DNA from: a virus
Lineage: Duplodnaviria > Caudoviricetes
Strand: one strand, 5' to 3'
DNA: 29,289 nucleotides
Virus record (IMG/VR): IMGVR_UViG_3300047669_000697
Coordinates: 1-29,289 of that record
Both the position numbers and the translations under genes were made by a program. Within the stretch, counting starts at the first letter, position 1; the number at the start of each line of letters is the position of its first letter. Positions 1 to 10,171 of this stretch are shown here, piece by piece. A model generated the notes under the pieces. That model did not search any database. It saw only the letters and a program-made list of their open reading frames with translations, and was not told the DNA's origin.

Positions 1-1
1 A

Positions 2-346
2 ACAACTTTTGATTCTGTTATATATGATTCAATACCTGATAACGGAGCTTCAAACCACACAAGAAAAACATTATACAATAGTAGAGAAGATGTTTTCACA
101 GTTAATTCACAACCTGTAGGTAGAGATGTAGGAAGGCATATTGAAGAATTAATAAATAGTTCTTTGGTTTGGGTTAATAAAAAATTTGATACACCAATAG
201 GAGGTCAGTTTAGATATACTGATTGTATGCTAGTTCCTATTTTAATAGTTCCTGGATCTTTTGAAATATATAATACAGAAAACAATATAAGTTTTATAAA
301 GTTTAGTTATACTTTTTCAGAGCAAATAACATCACAAAAAGGATAA
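2..346 (+). CDS. Phage tail/structural protein, C-terminal part (5'-truncated by window)
   Basis: The frame is open from position 2 (TTFDSVIYDSIPDNGASNHTRKTLYNSREDVFTVNSQPVGRDVGRHIEELINSSLVWV...), so the track's TTG start at 164 is internal. It lies directly upstream of the large tail gene. Confidence 0.75.
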   Translation, partial: TTFDSVIYDSIPDNGASNHTRKTLYNSREDVFTVNSQPVGRDVGRHIEELINSSLVWVNKKFDTPIGGQFRYTDCMLVPILIVPGSFEIYNTENNISFIKFSYTFSEQITSQKG

Positions 347-347
347 T

Positions 348-3300
348 ATGCCAATAAATAAATTAGCAGAAAATTGTGTTCTTGAAATAGGCGAAGTTAT
401 AGGTAGTAGAGATTTTGTAACTACAACACAAACAGGTAACACTAATGTTTATGAGTATTTAGGATGTAAAACTAATCCTAACTATAAAGATGAAGGTTTT
501 AATAGTATAGGATTAAGCCACGAAAGAGTTTTTTATAGAGGAATAACTCCTAATCAAAATAGTCAATTAGGTGGTACTATACAAGAAGCTATTGGTATTG
601 GTAATACAGGAACTCAAGGATGCGTTTTAACCTATTTAGTAATGTGGTCGGGTAATTATCAAATTGAGCCAGGAACTAATATTGATGATAATAAAGTATT
701 TTATATAACACTATATAAAAACAACAATTATGATCCTGTTGGGCTTCAAAGTGGAAATATACCTCCATACGGACTAAATTCTAGTCATTTTGTTCCTTAC
801 AATGGTCAATCTCAATCTAATAATGTTCAAGGAAGAAGTTTATATTATAAACATAATCAAAAGACAATAGGTATTTTAAATAGTGTTACACAGAGAGAAG
901 GTGTTGTTTTTGATGTCATATCAGCTTCTGGAGGAGATGATATATTACTTAAAGGCAATGGTTCTGATACTATGGATGCTTATAGCATAATATCTCCTGA
1001 CTTTTGGTCAGCTCCTGAAGATTATAGTTGGTATATATCTGCTTATATGCACAGTCATAATTGGGATAGTTCAGAAGGAACTAATAAACCTTTTTATTGG
1101 ATAGGGGGAAGATGTAATGTAAAAACAGAAGTTGGTTCTTATGAAGGTTCTCAATATAGAAATCCAGGCACAATAAAAATGAATGAGTGTTATAGAAGCA
1201 GTGGATTATTAGGTTTAAGGTCTGATTATTTTGGTGATATGATTGGAAATGTAGATTGTTTTAAAATAGAAATACAAATATCAGAAATAGAAAATGCAAC
1301 TTTAACTGTATTGGAAGGAACTCCTGATAACACAAACATAAATAGTTTACCTAATCAAAACCTTACTTTTGATAGTGTTGGTGTTTATACAGTATGTTTA
1401 TCTGCTTTAAAAAGAAGTGCTGTTTGGAATGATACTGCTAATTATGGTGGGCTAATAAAAATGAATAATAACAGAGTTTTTGATTTTGCTGATGGTTCTG
1501 TAAATCTTTTAGATGCACAAGCTATACATCCAAAATTACCAGCTAGAATAACATTAGATTATATAAAAATAATAAAACAAGATCCTGATTTTAATATTAC
1601 TGTTTTACCTACTATTAATACTGTTGTAAATTATAGTATTGAACAATATAATTATAATTATTTGAATATTTTTGATAGCGAAGCTTTGCCTTTGTCTTTA
1701 ACATATAGTATTGGTAATGTAAAGGATTTATCAAAAAGAGCAACAGGTTATTCTAAAACTTTTCAGATTCCTGCTGACCAACATAATGTTCAAGTATTAG
1801 AGCCTATGTTAGCTGTTGGTGCTGTACGAACTAAAATAGATTGGCAGCCTTGTAGAATAAAAGTAGAGGGAATTATTGTTTTTAAAGGATTAATTAGAAT
1901 AGAAGAAGGTGTTTCAGGAGGAGGAGGTGCTTTTTCTTGTCATATTATAGAAGATTCTATAGATTGGACAAATCTAATTTCAGATTCATTAATATGTGAT
2001 ATTGCTGTTGTAGAAGATGATGTTAATAAGCAAAAGAAAAATAAGGACAATATAGTCATGTCTTGGAATAACAGTCCTAATAGTTTAGAACAACAACAAT
2101 CCTCTAATATTACAGCCAATCCTACCAATTTTGACAAAGATTATCATTGGGGATTAGTAAATTATGGAGAATGGCAGGCTCAAAGTGTAAACATTGATCC
2201 TGATAATCCTGACTATAGACATAATGCTTCTGATTTTCATCCTGCAATTTTTGCATATAGTCTTATTCATAAAATATTTTCTTATATAGGTTATACTTTA
2301 GAAAGTAATTTTATAGAGTCTGAAACATTTAAAAAACTATGTCATCCTTATAGTTCAGGAACTTCTTATATAGAAGATAATTTATTTGGAGAAGGTGGTA
2401 CACAATTTACAAAAGCAGCAAGAGCTATAAAAACTACAGCAGCAGGTACTTTTTTTAGTGGAGGAAGATGCCCTAATTTATTTGATTGTTTTGATTACCC
2501 TAATTTAGTTTTAGGAAGTGATTTAGGTAATAATTGGACAGGTAATACACCAACAGGAGGATATTTAGTTCCTTTTAGTGGAGATTATAATATTCAAGTT
2601 TTAGGAACATTATATATAAAAATGAGTAATCTTTTAAATACTTCAAACTCTTGGGTGGCTGGACAAATTATGATTAATGGTCAAATATCAACAGCGAATG
2701 GACAAACTGGTGGGTTTTCAGGTTCAGGAATAGTTCATCATAGTGATTCAGGAGCAAGTAGTGGAGTTACAGGACATGGACAAATTCAGCTTTATACTTT
2801 AAATGCTGGTGATAGAGTTTCTTTTAGGTTTTTTGGTCATAATGAAGCTATTCTTTATGATTTTTGGGCTGATTATTCAGAAATGAGTATGTCAATTTAT
2901 CCAGTTGTATCAGCAACAGTACCTGAATATAGTTTTAATTTATCTAAAGTTTTGCCTTGTACTAAACAATTAGATTACTTAAAAGGATTAACAGAGTTAT
3001 TTAATCTGCAATGGACTGCTAATAAAGAAGCAAAAACAGTACAAGTTGAACCTTATAATGAGTTTTATGGTTCAGGGAAAACATTAGATTGGACACATAA
3101 GCTAGATAGAGAAAGTTGGACTGATACTTATATAGTTAAAGAATTAGCTCAAAGTGTTAGGTTTCAATATAAAGAAGATGCTACAGATAAAGGAATAAAA
3201 AAATTATCTGAATGGAGAGAACAAAATAGTTTAGATATATATAAATCTTACACAGAAATTAATGAAGCTAGATTTAGAAAAGAAACTCTTGAGTTAGGAA

Positions 3301-4340
3301 CAAAAATTTTTAATTCAACTTATCGTTTTAATGCTTATGGTAGACAGCCTTATCCTAGTCAAAATGGCAGTACACATCCTATAGCTCCAAATGCTTATCG
3401 TTGGGGTGATTTAAGCTGGACTGATCCTGTTGTAGCTCGTAAGAATCCTCTTATGCCAGTAATGTGGAGTACTGAAGGTGGTCATATTAATGGTACTTAT
3501 GCGAATAGACCTGAATACAATCCAAGACCTAAATTTGGATTAAGAATTTTAAATTACTATGGTGAAAGAAGTTGCTCTAGTTGGATTTTTGTAGACCAAA
3601 ATGGAAATAATAATTTACAAACATCATATCCTTATATGGATTGGTTTGATGGATGGTCAAAATCTGTTGATATAGATCCTTATAACTTATCTTGGGATGA
3701 TGTAGATGATGGTTATGGCAATAATAGTCCTGGACTTTTTACTAAGTATTGGAGAAATGCTTATGAAAAAATGAATGGTGGTGCTATGTTACGAACTTGT
3801 AAATTCGCTTTAACTCCTGTAGATATTAATTTATTTGATTATAAAGATAAAATTCATTTAAAAATAGATGGAGTTTCTACTTATTGGACAGTACAAAAAA
3901 TTAAAGACTATAAACCTAACAAAAAAGAACTTACTGAAGTTGAATTAATTGAATGGAAACATGATACATCTTGGGGAGGAAAATCTACATCTTCAAAAAG
4001 AATACAATCAAAAGTTGAAGAGCAAGAAACTTATGATGTTTCTTTAGAGCAACAAGTTAAATCATCTATTGAATATGGCATTACTAATAATGAAAGAGAA
4101 AAAGCAATTCAAGATCTTGCTCAAGTTGGTTTAACAGTAGATAAAAATGGAGAAATTCAAATGTATGGTGGAGAATTAGTAGTTGAAAACACAGATGGTT
4201 CTATTTCAAATTTAGTTTACACAGAAGATACAGATGTAAGAAAATTATATTTACAAAAAGAAGAGGAAATAGAAGAACTTGTTGATGGATATTTAAATAC
4301 TACACCTCCTTCTAATTCAAATAATAATAATATATGTTAA
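348..4340 (+). CDS. Large tail tip/hub-type structural protein (1330 aa) with an internal C1q/TNF-like jelly-roll segment
   Basis: Size and adjacency to the tape measure gene. Motifs LTYSIGNVKDLSKR..YSKTFQIP and YLKGLTELFNL...VEPYNEFY..G..LDWTHKLD resemble Bacteroidota phage tail proteins. Confidence 0.75.
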   Translation: MPINKLAENCVLEIGEVIGSRDFVTTTQTGNTNVYEYLGCKTNPNYKDEGFNSIGLSHERVFYRGITPNQNSQLGGTIQEAIGIGNTGTQGCVLTYLVMWSGNYQIEPGTNIDDNKVFYITLYKNNNYDPVGLQSGNIPPYGLNSSHFVPYNGQSQSNNVQGRSLYYKHNQKTIGILNSVTQREGVVFDVISASGGDDILLKGNGSDTMDAYSIISPDFWSAPEDYSWYISAYMHSHNWDSSEGTNKPFYWIGGRCNVKTEVGSYEGSQYRNPGTIKMNECYRSSGLLGLRSDYFGDMIGNVDCFKIEIQISEIENATLTVLEGTPDNTNINSLPNQNLTFDSVGVYTVCLSALKRSAVWNDTANYGGLIKMNNNRVFDFADGSVNLLDAQAIHPKLPARITLDYIKIIKQDPDFNITVLPTINTVVNYSIEQYNYNYLNIFDSEALPLSLTYSIGNVKDLSKRATGYSKTFQIPADQHNVQVLEPMLAVGAVRTKIDWQPCRIKVEGIIVFKGLIRIEEGVSGGGGAFSCHIIEDSIDWTNLISDSLICDIAVVEDDVNKQKKNKDNIVMSWNNSPNSLEQQQSSNITANPTNFDKDYHWGLVNYGEWQAQSVNIDPDNPDYRHNASDFHPAIFAYSLIHKIFSYIGYTLESNFIESETFKKLCHPYSSGTSYIEDNLFGEGGTQFTKAARAIKTTAAGTFFSGGRCPNLFDCFDYPNLVLGSDLGNNWTGNTPTGGYLVPFSGDYNIQVLGTLYIKMSNLLNTSNSWVAGQIMINGQISTANGQTGGFSGSGIVHHSDSGASSGVTGHGQIQLYTLNAGDRVSFRFFGHNEAILYDFWADYSEMSMSIYPVVSATVPEYSFNLSKVLPCTKQLDYLKGLTELFNLQWTANKEAKTVQVEPYNEFYGSGKTLDWTHKLDRESWTDTYIVKELAQSVRFQYKEDATDKGIKKLSEWREQNSLDIYKSYTEINEARFRKETLELGTKIFNSTYRFNAYGRQPYPSQNGSTHPIAPNAYRWGDLSWTDPVVARKNPLMPVMWSTEGGHINGTYANRPEYNPRPKFGLRILNYYGERSCSSWIFVDQNGNNNLQTSYPYMDWFDGWSKSVDIDPYNLSWDDVDDGYGNNSPGLFTKYWRNAYEKMNGGAMLRTCKFALTPVDINLFDYKDKIHLKIDGVSTYWTVQKIKDYKPNKKELTEVELIEWKHDTSWGGKSTSSKRIQSKVEEQETYDVSLEQQVKSSIEYGITNNEREKAIQDLAQVGLTVDKNGEIQMYGGELVVENTDGSISNLVYTEDTDVRKLYLQKEEEIEELVDGYLNTTPPSNSNNNNIC

Positions 4341-4352
4341 AAAATAAATAAA

Positions 4353-7300
4353 ATGGCTGATAATTCTACAACATATTACAAATTTGTAGCTGACCTTAAA
4401 CAGTTAGATTCTCTTAATACAAAGTTAAAGGAAGCAAAAGTTAATCTTTCTGCTTTAGGTAAAAGTACAATGGCTTTTTCCAAACAGTCAAGAGCTATTG
4501 GAGTAATGACTAATAAGATGAATCAAAATGCAGCAGCAGCTAGAAGGATGGCAACAGCTACATCTCGTGTGAGTAAAAGAGGAAACAGAATGATTGCTAT
4601 TTTTAAGTCTGCAAGTATAGCTATTGCTTCTGCTTTTGCATTTAGAGCTATAATAGGAGGATTAAGAGGTGTTATTACTACATTTGCTGGTTTTGAAAGT
4701 CAAATGGCTGCTGTATTAGCAATATCTGGAGCAACTAATAAAGAATTTCAGAAATTAAAAGATTCAGCTTTAGAATTAGGAAAAACAACAGTATTTACTG
4801 CAACACAAGTAGGGCAATTACAAGAAGCTTATGCAAGACTTGGTTTTACAGCTAATGAAATTATAGCGGCTCAAGCTGGTACTTTAGCTCTAGCAGCAGG
4901 AACAGGAGAGTCTTTAGCAAGTTCAGCTGCCATTGCTGGTTCTACTTTAAGAGCTTTTGGAATTGAAGCTGATCAAACAGGAAGAGTAGCTGATATTATG
5001 GGTGCTTCTTTTACTAACTCTGCATTAAATCTTGAAAAATTTGGGCAGTCTATGAAGTTTGTAGCTCCAATAGCAAGAGCTGCTGGTTTTACTATAGAAG
5101 AAACTGCTGCTCAAATGATGATACTTGCTGATAATGGTTTATCAGGATCATTAGCAGGTAATGCTTTAAAAAATATATTTTTAAGATTAGGTGATGCTAA
5201 TTCTAAATTAAACAAACATTTAGGTAGAACTGTTCAAGGATTACCTCAAATGATTGTTGCTTTAAGAGAAATGAAAGCTGAATCTTTTGGTTTAACTGAA
5301 GCAACAGAACTATTAGATAAAAGGTCAGCTCCAGCTTTTCTAGCTTTAATTGAAAACATAGATGGATTAGAACAAAGTTTAGATACTCTTAATAATGCTG
5401 AAGGTATTATATCACAAATGGCAGCAATAAGATTAAATACTCTTGAGGGAGATTTTACTTTATTGAAATCAGCAACTGAAGGATTAGGAGTTGCAATAGG
5501 GCAAATATTTAATATAAGTTTAAGAAATTCTATAGAAGGATTAACAACTTGGATTCAAAGACTATCAGGATCAACAGAAGCAATGAACAGAGTAAAAGTT
5601 GCTGCTGACCTTATTAGTACAGCTTTTAAAATAATCATTGCAAGATTAGCTCTTTTAAAGCTTGTTACTACATTTGGTAGTATGGTAACAGGAATTGGAG
5701 CTGTTGTTACTGCCGTTAGAGGTTTAACTTTAGCTACAGGTCTTGCTAGTATTTCTTTTAAATCTTTAGCTGTTGCTATAGCATCTACTGGATTTGGTGC
5801 TTTTGTTGTTTTAGCTGGTACTTTAGTTGGCTACTTCATGACAATGTCAGATGAGATGGGTGAAGTAGAGTTAATGACTAATAGAATGAACAAAGCTTTT
5901 AATACAAGTATAGCTGCTTCATTATTGCTTGTTGAAGGAAGTGAAGAAAGAACTGCTGCCATGAGAAAATTAAAACAAGAACATTCCGAACTTTTAAAAA
6001 ATTATGATGTAGAGATAATGAAAAGTAAAGAATTAGAACAATTAATGATAGTGTTAAATTCACAGGCTGAGTTAAGAGTAAGAATTGCTAGACAACAAGA
6101 TATAGTTAATGGTTTAAGCCAAGAAAATCAAAATAAACTAAGACAAGTTAGAATAGATAAGAATCTTTTAAAAATGGCTATTGCAAGGAAGGATGTTGAT
6201 GCTAAAGCTGCTGCTGAAAAACTGGAAGGTTATGAAGATGCAGAAAAAGCTATTTTAAAACAAAGAGTAATAGCTGATCAAGTAGAATTAGATTTATTAG
6301 CAAGTTTAAAAAATCAATTATCAGCTAAAAAAAGAGAAGAAAAAAATTGGAATCAATTTAGAGTAGATGCAAATGATACTACTAGAATTAATCTTAGAAA
6401 TGGATATTTACAAGATTTAGAAGATTTTAGAAAATTGAGTAAATCTAAACAGAAAGTCGTACTTGCAGATGTAGAAGCTGAGTTAGCTAGTTTAATACAA
6501 ATACAAGATTATAAAGCAATATTAAATGAACAAAAACAAGCTGATATAGATAAAGATGTTCAAGGATCAGAAGCAGCAAAGGAAGCACAGATGGCTTTTT
6601 TATCAACTTTTACAGGTCCAGATATGCTGAAGTTTTTAGGCAGTGTTAATAAATATAGAAATTCAGGTGATTTATTAAATATTACAATAGATGAAATGAA
6701 AACTTCAGTTACAAGTCTTGAAGCTGCATTAAAAAAATCAGGTGAATCTTCAGATCTTACGGTTTTTAGTGTACATAAATTACAAAGAACAAAAGACCAA
6801 TTTAAGGAGTTGTTTAAAATACAAATTCAAAATATAGATGATGCAGAAACTAGAGAAGTAGCATCAATAGCTAACACTAGAAACTTACAAAAAAGGAAAT
6901 ACGAAGATGAATTAAAACTGATGAAAGCTAATGTTGCTAGTTTAAAAACTCAAATTAATGGTAATGATAAAAACCAAGCAAAAATAGATAAAAAGTTTTT
7001 AAGTAGGAATAAAAGTAAATATAAAGTTTTAAAAGAACTTACTATTGAAGGATGGGAAAAAGCAAATGCAAGTGGTGATGCAGGACAAAAAGAAAGATTG
7101 AGGTTAATGACTTTAATGTTAGAAGAAGAAAATAATAAAATAGAAACTAATAATCTTATTCAACTTGAAATAGATGAAAGGCACAATAAGGCACAAAGAA
7201 ATGCTCTAATTAAATATGATGAAAAAAGAAATCAAGATGTGCAAAAGAAAATTCAAGCTCTATTTGATTTAGAAGATACAGGTATAATTAATTTCTTTAA

Positions 7301-8300
7301 AATAAATAAAGAAAAAGTAGAAAATGCTAAAAAAGTTGCAAAACAAGAACAAGATATAGCTTTTAGGAAATTTCAAGCTGGAATATTAAGTGAAGAAGCT
7401 TATGCAGCTAGAGTTAAAGAAATAAATTTAAAATTATCAGATACATTAAATGATTTACAAGATAAAAGATTAGCTAAAGTATCTGAAGTTTATGGTCAGC
7501 TATCTGAGATAGTTATGGGATTTGCTGCTAATCAAGCTGATTTTGCTATTGCTCAAGTAAATAGACAATTTGAACAAGAAAGTATAGATAGAGAAAATGT
7601 GCATAGAGATAAGATAGAAAAAGCTGAAGCTGCTGGTCAAGATACTGCTGCTATGCAAGAGCAATTTAATGATTTAATGCTTAATCAAGAAAAAGTTAAA
7701 GATGAAAAATTAGCTATCATTAAAAGAAAAATGTTTAATTTAGAAAAAGCTAATAGTGTTGCAATGGCACTAATTAATGGAGCAGTAGCTATAACAAAGG
7801 TTTCTTCAGAAACAGGAATTGCAGCTATTGTTGCCGCACCTCTTATGTCTGCTTTAATAGCCGCTCAAATTGGTATGATTTTATCTAAAAGGTTTATAGC
7901 AGAAAAAGGTGGTATTGTTCCTTCTAAAGAAAAATTTGCTCAAGGAGGAATGGTTCATGGAGCTAGACATTCACAAGGAGGTGTTAAATTTGCTGTTGGT
8001 GGAAGAGTAGCAGAATTAGAAGGAGGTGAAGCTGTTATTAATAGAAAATCTACTAAAATGTTTAGAAAACAATTATCTGCAATGAATGTTGCTGGTGGTG
8101 GAATTAAATTTGAACAAGGAGGATTGACTCCAGGAACAAATGCAGCTTTAGATGGTGCTAAAGGTAATTGGACTGCAAGTGATATTGCTGCTTTAATAGC
8201 AGGATCTATTAACTCACAACAAGTATATGTTTCTGAATCTGCAATAACTTCTACACAATCTAATGTTTATGTTCAGGAAACTATGTCCACTATATTTTAA
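4353..8300 (+). CDS. Tail tape measure protein (TP901-type core), 1315 aa
   Basis: FESQMAAVLAISGATNKEFQKLKDSALELGKTTVFTATQV TP901-like core, Ala-rich helical body with hydrophobic segments, and C-terminal FAQGGMVHGARHSQGGV...ELEGGEAVINRKST motif. Confidence 0.95.
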   Translation: MADNSTTYYKFVADLKQLDSLNTKLKEAKVNLSALGKSTMAFSKQSRAIGVMTNKMNQNAAAARRMATATSRVSKRGNRMIAIFKSASIAIASAFAFRAIIGGLRGVITTFAGFESQMAAVLAISGATNKEFQKLKDSALELGKTTVFTATQVGQLQEAYARLGFTANEIIAAQAGTLALAAGTGESLASSAAIAGSTLRAFGIEADQTGRVADIMGASFTNSALNLEKFGQSMKFVAPIARAAGFTIEETAAQMMILADNGLSGSLAGNALKNIFLRLGDANSKLNKHLGRTVQGLPQMIVALREMKAESFGLTEATELLDKRSAPAFLALIENIDGLEQSLDTLNNAEGIISQMAAIRLNTLEGDFTLLKSATEGLGVAIGQIFNISLRNSIEGLTTWIQRLSGSTEAMNRVKVAADLISTAFKIIIARLALLKLVTTFGSMVTGIGAVVTAVRGLTLATGLASISFKSLAVAIASTGFGAFVVLAGTLVGYFMTMSDEMGEVELMTNRMNKAFNTSIAASLLLVEGSEERTAAMRKLKQEHSELLKNYDVEIMKSKELEQLMIVLNSQAELRVRIARQQDIVNGLSQENQNKLRQVRIDKNLLKMAIARKDVDAKAAAEKLEGYEDAEKAILKQRVIADQVELDLLASLKNQLSAKKREEKNWNQFRVDANDTTRINLRNGYLQDLEDFRKLSKSKQKVVLADVEAELASLIQIQDYKAILNEQKQADIDKDVQGSEAAKEAQMAFLSTFTGPDMLKFLGSVNKYRNSGDLLNITIDEMKTSVTSLEAALKKSGESSDLTVFSVHKLQRTKDQFKELFKIQIQNIDDAETREVASIANTRNLQKRKYEDELKLMKANVASLKTQINGNDKNQAKIDKKFLSRNKSKYKVLKELTIEGWEKANASGDAGQKERLRLMTLMLEEENNKIETNNLIQLEIDERHNKAQRNALIKYDEKRNQDVQKKIQALFDLEDTGIINFFKINKEKVENAKKVAKQEQDIAFRKFQAGILSEEAYAARVKEINLKLSDTLNDLQDKRLAKVSEVYGQLSEIVMGFAANQADFAIAQVNRQFEQESIDRENVHRDKIEKAEAAGQDTAAMQEQFNDLMLNQEKVKDEKLAIIKRKMFNLEKANSVAMALINGAVAITKVSSETGIAAIVAAPLMSALIAAQIGMILSKRFIAEKGGIVPSKEKFAQGGMVHGARHSQGGVKFAVGGRVAELEGGEAVINRKSTKMFRKQLSAMNVAGGGIKFEQGGLTPGTNAALDGAKGNWTASDIAALIAGSINSQQVYVSESAITSTQSNVYVQETMSTIF

Positions 8301-8319
8301 TAATTATTTAATATATTTA
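8286..8319 (+). promoter_or_regulatory. Putative phage promoter TCCAC-N21-TATATTTA for the Cys-rich/HTH gene pair
   Basis: TCCAC 8286-8290, 21-nt spacer, TATATTTA 8312-8319, ATG at 8324. Same architecture as at 16951 and 16961. Confidence 0.5.
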
Positions 8320-8323
8320 CTCA

Positions 8324-8560
8324 ATGAAAGATTTAAGAAAATTGTTCTATCAATTCTTTTTAGGAAAAGGAATAAAAATAGCTTCTAAGGAGCTTTATGA
8401 CAAAAGGATGGATATATGCCGAAGCAATCCTTGTGGAGTCTATAAGAACCCTCTAGGGCTTAAAATACTTGAAAAGTGTGGTGCTTGTGGATGTTTTTTA
8501 AGAGCTAAAAATAATATTGATGAAAAATTTATATATTGCCCTAAAAATTGGTGGAAATAG
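8324..8560 (+). CDS. Small Cys-rich putative Zn-binding protein (DUF6171-like)
   Basis: R-x2-IC-x4-C ... CGACGCFLRAK ... CPKNWW pattern. Confidence 0.7.
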   Translation: MKDLRKLFYQFFLGKGIKIASKELYDKRMDICRSNPCGVYKNPLGLKILEKCGACGCFLRAKNNIDEKFIYCPKNWWK

Positions 8561-8878
8561 ATGGCAAACAACAAAGATATTATTGATGAGTTTTTAGATA
8601 TTGTTTGGGCTGAATCAGAAGCAAGATGGGGAGAAAATTTTACAGTTAAAGATTTAGTTTACCATCTTATTGAAAATGGTATAATACCTCCTAAAGCATT
8701 AAGAAATTATATGATGTTTAATGATTTTGATAAATTTATTGTAAACAATGAAGGTCATATAGGAAATACTTTTATTGATATATCTATAAGACATGGCATA
8801 ACTGAAAAACAATGCCGAAACATAATATATAAACAAAGATATAAAACATCTAAAGATTATAATATTATGAGAGAGTAA
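8561..8878 (+). CDS. Helix-turn-helix protein, Mor/C-like putative transcription regulator
   Basis: C-terminal TFIDISIRHGITEKQCRNII resembles the HTH of Mor/C-family activators. It abuts the upstream gene (TAGATG). Confidence 0.55.
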   Translation: MANNKDIIDEFLDIVWAESEARWGENFTVKDLVYHLIENGIIPPKALRNYMMFNDFDKFIVNNEGHIGNTFIDISIRHGITEKQCRNIIYKQRYKTSKDYNIMRE

Positions 8879-9245
8879 GACTTGTAAGATTGTAAAAATC
8901 TATACATCCTTTATCACTCCAAATCTTTCTAGCATAAACAGTGTGAACATGAGAATCTTCATCTAAAAGTGCGTCCATTAAACCTTTTAAAAGATTATCT
9001 ATATCAGGTCTTTGTTGATGATGTTTTCCAATCATCTCTTTTTTCTTTTTAACACTCCAAGATTTAGGCATTGGTATATGAAAAACACAATATATTTCAT
9101 TGCCTAATTTAAAATCATTTTTAAATGCCCATTCTTTTATATCATGTTTATAATCCCAGTATTTTAAAACAATAGGTCTTTTTTTCCAAGAATCTGCTTG
9201 AGTCATTCTTGGTTTAGCCATTCCTTTTTTATTATAACTAATCAA
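8865..9245 (-). CDS. rusA: RusA-family Holliday junction resolvase
   Basis: AKPR N-terminal motif, PMPKSWS..KK, and catalytic RPDIDNLLKGLMDAL..EDSHV. Confidence 0.9.
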   Translation of the reverse strand: MISYNKKGMAKPRMTQADSWKKRPIVLKYWDYKHDIKEWAFKNDFKLGNEIYCVFHIPMPKSWSVKKKKEMIGKHHQQRPDIDNLLKGLMDALLDEDSHVHTVYARKIWSDKGCIDFYNLTSLTLS

Positions 9246-9516
9246 TTATCTTAGCATCTTGGATAACTCCTCTAACTCCTCCATTATTATTAATATTTTG
9301 AGTAAGTATTTCTAGTCTATCTGTTCCATCATAAACTAAACCTACCATTTTATTTATTTCTTTTTCTTCAAGACCTTCTATCATATCTTTAAGACCTTTT
9401 ACATTTATAAATTTACCTCCTTCAGCATTACCTTGAGCTTTTAAATCTATACAAACTCTGTATTGCTCGTTGTCATCAATAGATATTACCTCATTTTTTG
9501 TTTTATTTTTTGTCAT
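9238..9516 (-). CDS. Hypothetical protein (92 aa)
   Basis: Tightly packed in the minus-strand operon, overlapping both neighbours. Confidence 0.75.
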   Translation of the reverse strand: MTKNKTKNEVISIDDNEQYRVCIDLKAQGNAEGGKFINVKGLKDMIEGLEEKEINKMVGLVYDGTDRLEILTQNINNNGGVRGVIQDAKIID

Positions 9517-9673
9517 TATCCTTAATTTTTAATTTATAATTATACTTTTCTAAACATCTTTCATGTACTATACCTCCATCATCTCCTTCTCTTCTATTAC
9601 AAACACATCCTTGAAATTTCTTATTACATTCTTTGCATAATTCTTTATAGTTAGGATCATTTACATTAGACAT
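9503..9673 (-). CDS. Small Cys/His putative Zn-finger protein (56 aa; not in ORF track)
   Basis: MSNVNDPNYKELCKECNKKFQGCVCNRREGDDGGIVHERCLEKYNYKLKIKDNDKK. It fills the gap and overlaps both neighbours; CxxC..CxC..HxxC pattern. Confidence 0.7.
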   Translation of the reverse strand: MSNVNDPNYKELCKECNKKFQGCVCNRREGDDGGIVHERCLEKYNYKLKIKDNDKK

Positions 9674-9863
9674 CTTTTTGGTTCTTAAATTTATCCATTA
9701 AAGATTTAAGCTTACTTTCAACAGCTCCATCTACACTTTTATTATAAGTTCCCCAATCTCCTGGCCAGACTTTTATTCCTTTTAATCTTCTTTTTGTTTT
9801 TATGTTTTCTTGTTTCCTTCTCTCAACATAATCTTCATAAGATTCATCTTCTTTTCTTTTCAT
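9666..9863 (-). CDS. Hypothetical charged protein (65 aa)
   Basis: ATGA start/stop overlap with the upstream gene; operon context. Confidence 0.7.
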   Translation of the reverse strand: MKRKEDESYEDYVERRKQENIKTKRRLKGIKVWPGDWGTYNKSVDGAVESKLKSLMDKFKNQKDV

Positions 9864-10171
9864 AACTTATTATTTCTTTCTACTTTTTCTAATTCAAATT
9901 GTAGGTGAGCAATAGCTTTTGTAAGGCACTCTACAGGAGTTTGATGCTTGTGATAAGCTCTGATTATGTAAGTTGTCGCAGTAGCCAAGTGATAGGGTAA
10001 ATCAAAGTTGTCGCAAACTTTACGAGCTTCATAACCTTCTTTACCTTTATAATATTTAGGCACTCTTGAATCACTCATTATCCCTCCTGTTCTAGTTTTA
10101 CCATCATATTGGTCAATGTTTCTATTTTTTTCAAAATAATGATTACTATGCTTATCTATTGGTTTCTCCAT
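9860..10171 (-). CDS. DUF3310-like protein (T7 gp1.7 nucleotide kinase/SaV-related family)
   Basis: PKYYKG..GYEA....LPYHLATATTYIIRAYHK....ECLTKAIAHL matches the P-x-HY...GNA.KY..R...K...EDL.KA..YL pattern. Confidence 0.7.
   Translation of the reverse strand: MEKPIDKHSNHYFEKNRNIDQYDGKTRTGGIMSDSRVPKYYKGKEGYEARKVCDNFDLPYHLATATTYIIRAYHKHQTPVECLTKAIAHLQFELEKVERNNKL

Noticed and set aside
4300-4352. Tail-assembly-chaperone programmed frameshift before the tape measure gene
   Set aside because: The gene upstream is the 1330-aa tail protein; no small G/GT-type pair is present.
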